From contig JBFWNU010000002.1 of assembly GCA_050250895.1 (NCBI GenBank), positions 375,575-439,574 of the forward strand: a stretch of DNA of 64,000 bases, written 5' to 3'. Every line of letters begins with the position of its first letter. Positions within the stretch are counted from its first letter, which is position 1. Below the pieces are notes generated by a model. The model had not been told where the DNA came from. It made no database searches and worked only from the letters and a program-made list of their open reading frames with translations. Below are positions 7,999 to 18,700 of this stretch, one piece after another. This DNA is from Vulcanimicrobiota bacterium (lineage in GTDB: Bacteria > Vulcanimicrobiota > Xenobia > Xenobiales > JADMJV01). A program made the translations under genes and the position numbers.

Positions 7999-10479
7999 TT
8001 GCTGCTTCGGCGCGCCTACTGGAACTATCTACGCTCCGTTCCCTGGTTGGGTTGGTTGGGCGTGCTCGGGGTAGCCCTGGCGGTGGCGGTGGTAGTGGCC
8101 ATGGATCTCGCTTCAGAGAGTGCCCGGCGCTCCTTCGAACTCTCTTCCAGGGCTCTGACTGGGGGGGCCACTCACCTCGTTCGCGCCGCCACCGGTAGCC
8201 TCGATGAAACCCTTTATGCCGAGCTTCGCCAGACCTTTCCCGGAGTGGCGGCCAGGCCCGTGGTGGAGGGGTTCGTCACGCTCGAGCTGCAGCAACCCGT
8301 GAGCCTGCATCTGCTGGGCCTGGACCCCCTGGCCCCGTTCGAACAGGGGTCGTCCCTGGTCTCGGGGGGCGGAATGCGCGGGCTGATGGGCTCGCCCGAC
8401 GGGGTGGTGATGACCCGCCAGACAGCCCGGCGGCTGGGGCTTTCGGTGGGCTCGCCCATTCCTGCCCGCCTCGGCCAGCGCCGGCTGAGCCTGCGCCTGG
8501 CGGGGTTGCTCGAGCCGGCCGATGGCGCATCCGAGACGGCCCTGGCCAATCTGTTGCTGGCCGATATCTCGACCGCCCAGCACATCCTCGACCAGAAGGG
8601 ACGCTTGAGTCGCATCGATCTGAGCCTGGTCGATCCGGCTCCGGTGGCCGCCTGGCTGCCCCCCTCGACCACCCTCGAGCCCTCGGGCAGCCAGAGCCAG
8701 GCCCTCGAGGAAATGACCTCGGCCTTTCACCTCAACCTCAAGGCCCTCAGCTTGCTGTCGCTGGTGGTCGGCATGTTTTTGGTCTATAACGTGACCGCCT
8801 TCTCGGTGGTCCATCGGCGTCCCGCTCTGGCCCGCCTTCGCACCCTCGGCGCCTTGCCCGAGGAACTCTTCCTGGCGGTCATGAGCGAGACACTGGCGGT
8901 GGCAGGCCTGGGCACGCTCCTCGGTTTGGGCCTGGGATGCTGGTTGGGGCGCCAACTGGTCTTTCTGGTCACTCGCACCCTCAATGACCTCTATTACGTG
9001 CTCGAGTTGACCAGCTACTCCATCGACCCGCTGGTGTTGGTAAAAGGCCTTTGCCTGGGCATCTTGACCAGTCTGGCGGCGGCCTTCGGCCCGGCCCGCG
9101 AAGCCGGGCACACTCTGCCGGCGCTCTTGGTGCATCGGTCCGGCCTCGAAGCCGCCAGCCTCCTGGCCTGGCGTCGAGTCGGTCTGGCCGGCCTGCTGCT
9201 GTTGTTGGCTGCCGGCCTGGTGGTGCGCCTGCCGGGTTTGTGGGCAGGCCTGCTGACGCTGTTGCTGGTCCTGGTCGGGGCAGCCCTGGTCACCCCCGGC
9301 CTGGTCACCTTGTTGGTAAGCCTCGTTCCGTCCAGGCCTCTACCCCTCGAGTTGCGTTTGGCTCTACGCTCCATTCCCGCGACTTTAAGTCGCACCGGCA
9401 TCGCCACCTCGGCCTTGATGATCGCGGTGGCCGCCACCGTCTCCATCGGCTTGATGGTCCATAGCTTCCGGACCACCTTGCGCAACTGGCTCGAAACCAC
9501 CCTCCAGGCGGATGTCTACATCACCTTGCCCGATCGAGCCGCCATGCTGGGCGGGGAGCGGCTTTCTGGCGAGCTACTCGAGCAACTCAAGACTTTGCCC
9601 GGTGTGAGCGACTATACCACCCAGAGCCAGAATACGGTGGTCTCGAGCACCGGCCAAACCCAGTTAGTGGCCGTGCGCGATGGGGGCCGCTACCGCCAAT
9701 CGCTGCGATTTCGCCAGGCCGTGGACGACCCCTGGAGCGCGTTCGAAGCCGGGGCGGTACTGGTTTCGGAGCCCTACGCCTCGCGTTACCGGTTAGAGGT
9801 TGGCCAACCGTTGCGCCTGCTAACCGAGGCTGGCTGGCAAGAGTTCACAATCGCGGGCATCTTTTACAGCTATGGTCCCGAACGCGGGTTGGCCCTGATG
9901 CGAGCCGATGTCTTCGCCCGCCACTGGAAAAGCCCGGGTGCTAGCGGCATCGGACTTTATCTCGAGGACCCCGAACAGGCCGAGGCGGTGGTGCTCGAGG
10001 CGCAGCGGCTGGGCCGCCTTGAAGTGCGCTCGACGGCCTCGATCAAGGCTCTCAGTCTAGAGATTTTCGAGCGCACCTTCCTGGTCACCGGAGTGTTGCG
10101 CGGCCTGGCCCTGATGGTGGCCCTGGTGGGCATCTTCGGCTCGCTCACGGCTTTGGGCCTGGAACGGATTCGCGAGTTGTCGACCCTGCGGGCGTTGGGC
10201 ATGACCCGAGTTCAGGTGGGCCGATTGCTGACCGTGCAATCGGGTTTGCTCGGCCTTTTCGCCGGTTTGTTGGCGTTGCCCACGGGGGTGGTGTTGGCGG
10301 CCGTCATGGTGTTGGTCATCAACCAGCGGGCTTTCGGCTGGACGCTGTTCTTTTCGCTGCAGCCCCGCCTTTTGGTGGAGGCCGTCATCCTGTCGGTGGC
10401 GGCAGCCTTGCTGGCTGGCCTGGGGCCGGCCAGGACCATGGCCGCCCGCAGCCCGGCCGCCGGCCTGCGGGAGGAATAG
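7999..10479 (+). CDS. ABC transporter permease, duplicated MacB-PCD/FtsX (AttFG-like)
   Basis: Two repeats of TM + periplasmic domain + FtsX-like 'R..E..TLRALG' segments. Confidence 0.88.
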   Translation: MLLRRAYWNYLRSVPWLGWLGVLGVALAVAVVVAMDLASESARRSFELSSRALTGGATHLVRAATGSLDETLYAELRQTFPGVAARPVVEGFVTLELQQPVSLHLLGLDPLAPFEQGSSLVSGGGMRGLMGSPDGVVMTRQTARRLGLSVGSPIPARLGQRRLSLRLAGLLEPADGASETALANLLLADISTAQHILDQKGRLSRIDLSLVDPAPVAAWLPPSTTLEPSGSQSQALEEMTSAFHLNLKALSLLSLVVGMFLVYNVTAFSVVHRRPALARLRTLGALPEELFLAVMSETLAVAGLGTLLGLGLGCWLGRQLVFLVTRTLNDLYYVLELTSYSIDPLVLVKGLCLGILTSLAAAFGPAREAGHTLPALLVHRSGLEAASLLAWRRVGLAGLLLLLAAGLVVRLPGLWAGLLTLLLVLVGAALVTPGLVTLLVSLVPSRPLPLELRLALRSIPATLSRTGIATSALMIAVAATVSIGLMVHSFRTTLRNWLETTLQADVYITLPDRAAMLGGERLSGELLEQLKTLPGVSDYTTQSQNTVVSSTGQTQLVAVRDGGRYRQSLRFRQAVDDPWSAFEAGAVLVSEPYASRYRLEVGQPLRLLTEAGWQEFTIAGIFYSYGPERGLALMRADVFARHWKSPGASGIGLYLEDPEQAEAVVLEAQRLGRLEVRSTASIKALSLEIFERTFLVTGVLRGLALMVALVGIFGSLTALGLERIRELSTLRALGMTRVQVGRLLTVQSGLLGLFAGLLALPTGVVLAAVMVLVINQRAFGWTLFFSLQPRLLVEAVILSVAAALLAGLGPARTMAARSPAAGLREE

Positions 10480-10538
10480 TTTCCAAAAAATTTGAGCCCC
10501 GGTTGTTAAGATTTGGACAACTCCTCAGGAGGTCCGTA

Positions 10539-11630
10539 ATGAACACGCTATATCAAAATATCTCCCAGCGGATGCACCGCCCACGCCCCGAGCCCAGGAC
10601 TATCGACATGCAAACCATGGTCGAAACGATGGCCCACCCTCAGGGCGAATCGTCCCTGGTCGTCCAGGACGGACTGATCAGCCTGCAGCAAGAGCCCGGC
10701 GCGCCCAGCCCCATCGTCCCGTGGAGCGCCCCGACCCCCGCCCAGGTGTGGTCTGCCTTCCACGCCGAAGCCAGGCCGGGCGTCACCACGCCCAGCGATG
10801 AGCGTCTGATTTCGAGCCTGACTTTCGGCGGCCCTCAGGCCACCGACCAGGCTGTGCCTGTGGCCCAAGCACAGTTTCGCAGCGGCCTCACTTTGACCGC
10901 TGAGGAGGCAGGCCTGCGGGTGGCCGGAGCCAGCTCGACCTTTTTGGCCGGAGTGGCCATGGAGTTGACCAGGAGCGGCCTTCGCCTGCATGGCAATGGC
11001 GTGAGTCAGACCATTACGCCGCGCGGTGAGCATCTCATCGAGGCAACCGATCCTTCGGCCTCGGACGGACGGACGGCCAAGTTTGGCGTCGAGTCCAATG
11101 GAACCGTATCGGGAAGCCTGGCCGACGGCAGCCGGGTCGGACGCACCCGGCGTCAACTCGATGCCAGCACGACCCTTACGACCACCAGCCAGGTCGATGG
11201 CGACGGCAGCATCGAGGTGGGGCCGCACCGCATCAAGCCTCATCTGAACTTCCATCAGACCTACCACATTCGGCGCGAGGATGCCGCCGATTTGCTCTCG
11301 GATGCCCGTTTGGGTAGCCGCGACGCTGACTCCAGGGCTCGCCACGCCGACAACTTCGGCCGTTGGGAGGGCGTGTCCAATCACGTAGGATTGCGCGAGG
11401 CTCAGGCAGCCGATCACGACTATCGATTCGCCGAGGGCGCCTACCATGACGGTAACTACCGGGCCACCGAGGACCTGGCCCTGGAGTCGCTCGACCACAG
11501 CCGCGAGAGCAGCTTCCACAGCGGCAGGGTAGAGCGCGAAGCCGTCGACATTCGCCGCCACCGGGACGAACGGGAACGACGGACCCGAGGTTACGGCGGC
11601 TCCGGCTCCTTTTATCAGACGGCGTGGTGA
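10539..11630 (+). CDS. Hypothetical protein (beta-rich N-half, Arg/His/Asp-rich C-tail)
   Basis: AGGAGG SD before ATG 10539; no recognised domain. Confidence 0.7.
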   Translation: MNTLYQNISQRMHRPRPEPRTIDMQTMVETMAHPQGESSLVVQDGLISLQQEPGAPSPIVPWSAPTPAQVWSAFHAEARPGVTTPSDERLISSLTFGGPQATDQAVPVAQAQFRSGLTLTAEEAGLRVAGASSTFLAGVAMELTRSGLRLHGNGVSQTITPRGEHLIEATDPSASDGRTAKFGVESNGTVSGSLADGSRVGRTRRQLDASTTLTTTSQVDGDGSIEVGPHRIKPHLNFHQTYHIRREDAADLLSDARLGSRDADSRARHADNFGRWEGVSNHVGLREAQAADHDYRFAEGAYHDGNYRATEDLALESLDHSRESSFHSGRVEREAVDIRRHRDERERRTRGYGGSGSFYQTAW

Positions 11631-11700
11631 GCTCTCGGGATAGGCGCCCGCCACCCGACGGGATGTAGCCAGCGGGCTCGCCACTGGCTTTCATAAGCCT

Positions 11701-12678
11701 ATGCGCGTCTTTGTTCTCATTTTGTCTTTGAGCCTTCTCGCCTGGGGCGATCAGCCCGTGGATATCGATCTGAACGGGTATGAATATCCCTTTTCGGTCC
11801 AGCGCTTCCACTTTCGTTCCCAGCAGCAAGACCTCGAGATGGCCTACATGCACGAACGCAGTCCGCGCCCCAACGGCCAGACGGTGGTCTTGCTTCACGG
11901 CAAGAACTTCAACGGCGCCTATTGGGGCCAGACGATGCGGGCTTTGCTCGAGGCCGGCTATGAGGTAGTGGTCCCCGATCAAATCGGCTTCGGCAAGTCC
12001 ACCAAGCCGGCCCACTATCAGTACACGTTTCAGCAGCTAGCCCACAACACCGCAGCCCTGCTCGACCAGACCCAGGTCAAGCAGTGCATCGTGCTCGGCC
12101 ATTCGATGGGAGGGATGGTGGCCACCCGTTTTTCCCTGATGTACCCCGAGCGGGTCCGACAGCTGGTGCTGGTCGATCCCATTGGTCTCGAAGACTGGAA
12201 ACTCAAGGTGCCTTACACTACCATCGACGAATGGTACGCTCAGGAGCTGGCCAAAACCCCCGAGAAGATCAAGGCCTATCAGCAGAAGAGCTACTATGGC
12301 GGCGAGTGGAAGCCGGCCTATGACCGCTGGGTCTACCCCCTGGCCGCCCCCCTGAACAGCCCTGAGTATCCGCGCCTGGCCTGGAACAACGCCCTGACCT
12401 ATGACATGATCTTCACCCAGCCCGTCTGCTACGAGTTCTCGCAGCTCGAGGTCCCGACTCTGTTGATGGTGGGCACAGAGGATCGCACCGCTTTGGGGAA
12501 GGATAAGGTGGCCTCGGCGGTGGCCGAGACGATGGGCGACTATCCCCGTCTGGCCCGGGCCACCGTGGCCCAGATTCCCGATGCCCGGCTCGTGCTCTTC
12601 GAAGGGCTGGGCCATCTGCCCCACATCGAGGACTTCCCGCGCTTTTGGGGCGAGCTCTCCAAGGGTTTGCGAAATTGA
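11701..12678 (+). CDS. Secreted alpha/beta hydrolase
   Basis: Signal peptide; LLHGKNF, PDQIGFGKS, GHSMGG, GH.PH motifs. Confidence 0.92.
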   Translation: MRVFVLILSLSLLAWGDQPVDIDLNGYEYPFSVQRFHFRSQQQDLEMAYMHERSPRPNGQTVVLLHGKNFNGAYWGQTMRALLEAGYEVVVPDQIGFGKSTKPAHYQYTFQQLAHNTAALLDQTQVKQCIVLGHSMGGMVATRFSLMYPERVRQLVLVDPIGLEDWKLKVPYTTIDEWYAQELAKTPEKIKAYQQKSYYGGEWKPAYDRWVYPLAAPLNSPEYPRLAWNNALTYDMIFTQPVCYEFSQLEVPTLLMVGTEDRTALGKDKVASAVAETMGDYPRLARATVAQIPDARLVLFEGLGHLPHIEDFPRFWGELSKGLRN

Positions 12679-12725
12679 CGCCGCCGTGACGCGAGACGAT
12701 TAGTCTGGTCAGGCAGGAGGATAAC

Positions 12726-13178
12726 ATGATCGTAAAACCCGCTAAAGTTCAGATATCGACGCCTTATCGCGCTCATTCCCCCCAGGCTCCCGAGCCTCGA
12801 CAAACCCCGTCCGACGGATTCACCCGCTCGGTGCCGGCCAGAAAACTGGTCGGCCTGGCTGCTGGCGTGGCCGCCGGGGCCCTGGCCGGCTACTATGGGG
12901 CCGGAGCCGGCACCGCCGCCGGTCTGGTCGGTGCGGCCGCCGGAACCCTGGTAGGAATCGGAGCCGGCATCGGCCTCGGCTGGAGGGCCGGGGCCTATAT
13001 CTCTTCGCGCACTTCTGGCAGCGAAGAATCGGGCGGATTTGTCGGCATGGCCGCCGGAGGCGCCCTTGGCCTGGTTGGCGGCGCTCTGGCCGGCTGGAGT
13101 TGCGGCAGTCCCACCACCGCCCTGCTGGGGGCAGCCCTGGGCGGCTTCGGAGGTTGGTCGCTGGCCGAGTTCGGCTAA
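12726..13178 (+). CDS. Glycine-zipper membrane protein with disordered N-terminal leader
   Basis: AGGAGG SD; repeated GxxxG hydrophobic segments. Confidence 0.75.
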   Translation: MIVKPAKVQISTPYRAHSPQAPEPRQTPSDGFTRSVPARKLVGLAAGVAAGALAGYYGAGAGTAAGLVGAAAGTLVGIGAGIGLGWRAGAYISSRTSGSEESGGFVGMAAGGALGLVGGALAGWSCGSPTTALLGAALGGFGGWSLAEFG

Positions 13179-13213
13179 ATCGGCCCAGCCACGGGGCCGA
13201 CGCGCTGGCGGGG

Positions 13214-14218
13214 TTAGTCCCAGCCGAAGAAACTCCGCATTTCGCCATACACCTCGGGATCGTCGGGCAAGCCCTGGTGGCACTTGGTGCCACCGCCCGG
13301 CAGGATCGAGGTGCATACCTCTTTGAGCTTGAGACTGGCCGCCTCGACCAGGCTGTCGCCTTCGGCAAAGCCCCACTCGGCGTAGGCCGGGGTGGTGAAG
13401 CCATCCGAGCCGACGGTGCGGACATCTTCGACTCGCTGCATCTGGCGCTCGAGACGGTCGTTGAGGCTGGCCAGTTGAGGGTTCTCGCCTTCATCCAGCG
13501 AGCGAAGCCAGGCCAGGGCCGGCAGCGCGGCCGGCTCCATGCCGGCCAGGCTCATGGCCCAGCCGACTCCCTGAGTGATGGCCCAGTGGCAAAGACTGGC
13601 CGTGCGGGTGCCCCGGTTGGGCGTGCCAATCATCATCAGCTTTCCGATTCCATCTCCCTCCTGGTCGAGGAAGAGTCGGGTCGAGATGCCCCCCATGCTA
13701 TAGGCGGCCGCGTCCACCCTGGCGGCTCCGGTGAACTCTCGAATGGCGGGCAAATCTTTGTGTAACTGGGCGGCCATGTCGGGAGGCGCGTCCCACTTGC
13801 CGTGGGGCACGACCCGAAAAACCCGTGCCTCGGGATCCGGCTGGGCCGTCTGGCTGCATTCGGGATCAAGAAAGACCTGGCCGTCTCGAATATAATAGGG
13901 CCTACCGCCGTTGGCCCCGTCTTGGGTGAGGTGCTCCATCAGCGGTTCGAAGGTGGTCATCTCGGTGGTGAAGCCGGGCACCAGCACGACCGGGCGCTTC
14001 AAGGTCGAGCCCGGCTCGCCTTCGAGCCCGCCGCACAGCTTCTGGCTGAGGCTGCTCTTGAGATTGGCGAACTTGTATAGCAGTCCGCCCGCGGTAAAAA
14101 GGGCGCTATTCTTGAACGTATCGATCCAGCCCGGCTCGCTTTCGGTTGGCGTAGCGACAGGCCGGCTGGCCGGGCGTGCATAGGTAACGGGCACCCCGGT
14201 AGCAACTCGCATCTGCAT
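13214..14218 (-). CDS. Lipase/esterase-family alpha/beta hydrolase
   Basis: PVVLVPG, AYSMGG nucleophile elbow, IGTPNRG, GDSLV, CHQ. Confidence 0.82.
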   Translation of the reverse strand: MQMRVATGVPVTYARPASRPVATPTESEPGWIDTFKNSALFTAGGLLYKFANLKSSLSQKLCGGLEGEPGSTLKRPVVLVPGFTTEMTTFEPLMEHLTQDGANGGRPYYIRDGQVFLDPECSQTAQPDPEARVFRVVPHGKWDAPPDMAAQLHKDLPAIREFTGAARVDAAAYSMGGISTRLFLDQEGDGIGKLMMIGTPNRGTRTASLCHWAITQGVGWAMSLAGMEPAALPALAWLRSLDEGENPQLASLNDRLERQMQRVEDVRTVGSDGFTTPAYAEWGFAEGDSLVEAASLKLKEVCTSILPGGGTKCHQGLPDDPEVYGEMRSFFGWD

Positions 14219-14290
14219 TGGCGTGGTCTTCTTTAGTGAGTGAGATGGTGTGAGCTTAGCAGCCCGGACCGAAAGAAATCTGAATCGCGA

Positions 14291-14662
14291 CTAGCGGATG
14301 ACTCGAATGTCGAGGTCGAGTCCCAATTCGAGCCAGACCTGGTCGGCGGTAAGAGCTGGAATGCCCCGAACGCGGGCCAAGCAGGCGCGATCCCCCGACG
14401 AGAGGCCGGGGACGCGAGTAACCGGTAGCAAAGCCGCACTCTCCGCCGCGTCGGCTGCGGAAAATCCAACGAATTCAATGGGACTGTTCAGTAGCCTGGT
14501 CAAGACCAGCCGCCCATCGTGACCATCGCGAGTGAAATGCGATAACACCTCACACAGGTTCACGGTCGACATGCAGCTGTGTCCCAGGTTGGTGGCGACG
14601 ACCTGGCTGCCTGGCTCGCCGTATAAGTAAGCCAGGAGCGTAGAAGCATTCAGCGCGATCAA
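14291..14662 (-). CDS. vapC: PIN-domain VapC/FitB toxin, probably inactive (first catalytic Asp is Asn)
   Basis: MIALNAS (canonical LDAS), STVNLCEV, LSSGDRACL, LTAD motifs. Confidence 0.8.
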   Translation of the reverse strand: MIALNASTLLAYLYGEPGSQVVATNLGHSCMSTVNLCEVLSHFTRDGHDGRLVLTRLLNSPIEFVGFSAADAAESAALLPVTRVPGLSSGDRACLARVRGIPALTADQVWLELGLDLDIRVIR

Positions 14663-14909
14663 TCCTGGGCGGCCTCGCGCCGTCGACCTTGCAGAAAGTC
14701 TTCGACCACGCCTTCTGGCACTTGCCCGTGATAAAGTTCCCGAACGAACTCCTGCAACCCCTCGAGCGAGTTGCTATGGGTCTGGGGACGCACGGCGGCG
14801 GTGATGATTTCACGCGCCTCAGCCTCCATGCTGCGGCCGGCCAGGGCAGCCCGAAGGCGCAGTAGTGATGCACATCGTCGGGCAGATTTCTGAGGTTCAA
14901 AGTGGCCAT
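14659..14909 (-). pseudogene. Frameshifted FitA-like ribbon-helix-helix antitoxin
   Basis: MATLNLRNLPDDVH then, after a frame change near 14865, LLRLRAALAGRSMEAEAREII...EAAQD*; that stop overlaps the vapC TTG start. Confidence 0.8.
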
Positions 14910-15056
14910 GCTGTCGTGGTAGGCATTGTAGGCACTTGCGTCAACGGTGGCCCGGGCTGCTGCGGGGCGTCAACCCTAGGGCCGATTCCCGGGAGTGACC
15001 CAGCCCAATTATCCTCAATACTCGCCTCGCAAAGGCCTATCCAGCGGGTGGTGAAG

Positions 15057-15503
15057 CTACTTTTGGCCGGCCAGGATTTTCTGGAGGGCGCGTTCGATGC
15101 GCCGGGCCCGCGTCTCGGCGGTCTTGGCCTCTTCGATAGCGCGCACGTGCTCTTTGCGATAGGTGTAGGCCAGTTCTTCGAAGCGTTTGAGGGCGTTGGC
15201 CTTGCGTAAAGCCAGCCGGAAATCGTCGGGCAAGACGACTTCTCGCGGGGCGGTGTCGAGTTCGATGTCGACCTCGACCGTGTCGCCGCCCTGCACGCCG
15301 GCTTTAACCCGATGCTCGGCGGCGACCCCCACCATGTATTTTCCCCCCATCGAGGCTACCGTGTTGCGATAGGTGTAGCCGTTGATGGTGACCGTGATCG
15401 GCGGACGCTTGCCGCTCCCCAGACTCTCGACCACCTCGGCGGGGATGATGATGCCCACCACGTTGCGGGCTTTGTCTTGCCATAACGTCGTGCGAAACTT
15501 CAT
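15057..15503 (-). CDS. DUF1905 + YdeI/OmpD-associated domain protein
   Basis: P.EVVE.LG, TINGYTYRNT, LDTAPREV.LPDD, EAKT.ETR.RR; GGAGG SD. Confidence 0.88.
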   Translation of the reverse strand: MKFRTTLWQDKARNVVGIIIPAEVVESLGSGKRPPITVTINGYTYRNTVASMGGKYMVGVAAEHRVKAGVQGGDTVEVDIELDTAPREVVLPDDFRLALRKANALKRFEELAYTYRKEHVRAIEEAKTAETRARRIERALQKILAGQK

Positions 15504-15614
15504 CGCTCACCTCCCGTTCCACCTGACCTATCAGGGCATTCCACTGGTCATATTCGACCCGCCCGGCGCCAACTCCACCTGACCTTGAGCATTTGCTGTT
15601 GGCGGGGCTCCCGC

Positions 15615-15696
15615 GTTAAGTGTTAACGAGCGTTAACAATTTCAACAACCCTTTAACTTGAGACTCATTCACAGCCGGGCCGGGGTTGGTCATACT
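15615..15696 (+). promoter_or_regulatory. sigma70-like promoter with upstream phased TTAAC repeats
   Basis: GTTAAC 15622 and 15632, TTCAAC 15641, TTTAAC 15652; TTCACA(15668)-17 bp-CATACT(15691). Confidence 0.5.
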
Positions 15697-15733
15697 GAGG
15701 ATAGCTCGCGGAGCATCGAAAGGATCTCTGCAA

Positions 15734-18700
15734 GTGGCCCAAACCCAACCCGCCGGCAATAGCTCGAGCCCAAAGACAACCACAACCGCTCGACCGCCAG
15801 CTCCCTCGAAACCCTCTCCAAGCCCGTCTGCTGGCAAAAGCGATCAAGTCAGCAAGTCGCCGGGGCAACACGAGTCACCCTCGAAAGGCGCCGAAAAGGT
15901 GGCCGACCAGTGGCGAGTCGAGCAGGCGACTCAGGCGGCAGCCGACACCGACGACCCCGACCTCAAAGCCCGCGCTGAAGAACTCAAGACCAAGAAGCAA
16001 GATCCCGAAGAAACTCGCAAAGAGGCCGAAAAGCTCTCGGAAGAGGCGGCCGCCCATCAGGTCATCCAGCGACTCTACGATAGCTTTCCGGCCTTCATGC
16101 GTCCGGTCAGTCAGGTCGACGACAATCTGTCGAGCTACGACGCCCTCATGCAGGCCAAGCTCAAAGACGGCACTCCCTATGTAGTGGCCGGCAAGCCTGA
16201 CCAATCGGGACTGCTGACCAATTCTCACTTCACTGGCCAGTTCAAGCCCGGCGAAGCCGATATCCTCAAGCAGTGGATCGCCAGGGGCGCCCCCTCGTGG
16301 GATAAGCAGGCCGGCCCACCCAAGCCCGACCAGAAGGTCGAGCACTTCGGCATCGACCCCAAACGCCTCGAGCAACTCAAGGCCGGCAAACTCGGCGACA
16401 AAGAGAAGAAAGAACTGGCCGAGTCGATGAAGGGCATGCTCGAGCGTTTCAAGGGCGCGGCCGAGGAGGCCTATGGAGGTGGCCACCCCGACTACTTCAA
16501 CTACGACAACTTTGCCGACGACGGCTATCAGATGCTGCTCGACGGTCGCGACGCCTCGATGCCCCCGGGCTTTGACGATGTGCCCGAGTTCTGGAAGGGT
16601 CTGGGAGTCAACAATCAAGACGAGGTCGACGCCTACAAGGACCACCTGGCCGGGGTAGTCGGGCTGTGGGAAAAGGCCGGCAAGCCGAACTGGGAAGTCA
16701 AAGCCGATGAACCCGTGGACAAGTCGGGCCTGGCCAGCCGCGTTCACGAGCTGATCTCGACCACCTGGGCCGAGCATATTCCCGAGGAGAAGCGCTCCTC
16801 CTACGAGGCCTTCATGAAGGCCAAGGACAGCTTCGGCGCTCCCTATGTGGTGGCTGGAAAGCCCGAAGAGTCGGCTTTTCTCAATTATGCTCAGATGGAC
16901 AACTCGCCCCAGCGCGACGAGCGGGTGCAGGCGGTGCGCGATTGGATCGCCGCTGGCGCCCCCAGCTGGGAGACGGGCAACAACCAGCAGAACGTGACTC
17001 CGCCCCCGGCCGGAGAGCGCACCATCACCAACTTCTTCGGAGCCGGCGCCGCCGGCAGCGACGAGTTCAGGGCTCTCGAGGCGGCCGGCCAGAGCGGCCA
17101 GTTCAGCCAGCAGCAGAAAGACGACCTGGCCCGCACCATGCAGGCGTTCACCCAGTTCTGGATCGGTAACGGCGCCGCCGCCAGCCATCAGGAGTATTTC
17201 CAGCACGAGAACTTCACCGGTGAGGGCGGTGGGCTGGACGTGCTGATCAACCAGGGAGCAAGTTCGGCCGGCAAGATGCCTCCCAACTCGAACCTCAAAG
17301 AAGCCTTGAAGGCGGCCGGGGTCGACAACCCCGACACCGAGGCCTGGCGAGCCCAGATGGCCAAAGTGGCCAGTCTCTACAAGCAGGCCGGAGCCCCCGA
17401 CTGGAATCAACTGGCGCCCGTGGGCGACACCAAACCGGTGGACCCCATCGACCAGGCCGCTCCCATCACCTCCGAGGTGCGTGACACGGCCATGCTCGAC
17501 TATCTCAAAGGCCTGGAATGCGACCAGGCCCGCAACACCCGCTTTTTTACCCTGGATGCCGTCGGTAAGAACCAGGACGGAAGCTACAGCCGCAGGGCCC
17601 AGCTCAACAGCCTGACCATGCTACTCAACAACATGCACTTCAATCCCGAGGCGGTCAAACTCAAGGAGGTTCCCGGTTCGGAGGGGCAGGTCTATGCCCT
17701 GGACATGCGCGACATGATCGTCTATGACGGGCGCAACCATGGTCGCCGCGGTTATGACTATGGCGGCGGCTACGGCGGCCAGGGCGGGTTTCGTAGCTGG
17801 ACCAACGGCAACGAGTGGCAGCGGGTGCTCTCGGAATACCCTTACGGCCTGACCAACCACACCAGCACTCAGGACCAGATCTGCGCCCTGACCGGAACCT
17901 CCCAATCCCAGGTGCGCGGCGACTGGTTCACCGCCCAGGCGGTGGGCAACTTCGCCCTCGACCTGGTGATGCCCGGGGTCAACCACACCAACCAGCTCGA
18001 GCACATCTTCGGCATCGATCGGCGTAGCGACTTTCTCACGGGCAACATGATGCGGGCCGGCTTCACCCAGAGCGGCGTGGCCAACGAGCATCGCATCGTC
18101 GACGTGCACGAGGGCAAGTGGGGCAGCGTGTGGTGGAGCTATGACTTCAACGACACCAACTTCAACCAGAACATCTACGCAAACCCGCTGGGCCCGTTCC
18201 AGTTCGACCATCGGGGCGACAACCCTTACAGCCGTTTCGGCTTTCAAACGGCCGCCTCCGAGATTCTCTTGCGCCTGCCCGGCGGAGGCACCCTGGCCGT
18301 GCTCTCGGACGGCAACGGAAACTTCGCCAACAACGCTCCCGAGAACATCGCCTGGAACCGCCTGGGGCACCACGGCGGACCGACCATCTTCTCGGTGGGC
18401 TCGGGCCTGGTGGGCCATTCCGACGGAATGCAGCCCATCCACCACAAAGACGAGATGTACCACCTGGCTCACCAGACCGACGCCTTGCCGCCCATTCACT
18501 ACGGCGGTTACGGTAACTATGGTGGCTATGGAGGCTACGGTGGTTACGGCGGCTACGGCAACTACGGCGGAGGCTACCTCGACGCTCAACGCCAACTCCA
18601 GCGCATCACGCGTCCGCCCGAGGACTGGGCCCGCATCGTCACCGAGTACAACCTGGCGAATTACGAACACTACCAGCGCCTGGGCATCGTCAGCTTCGAA

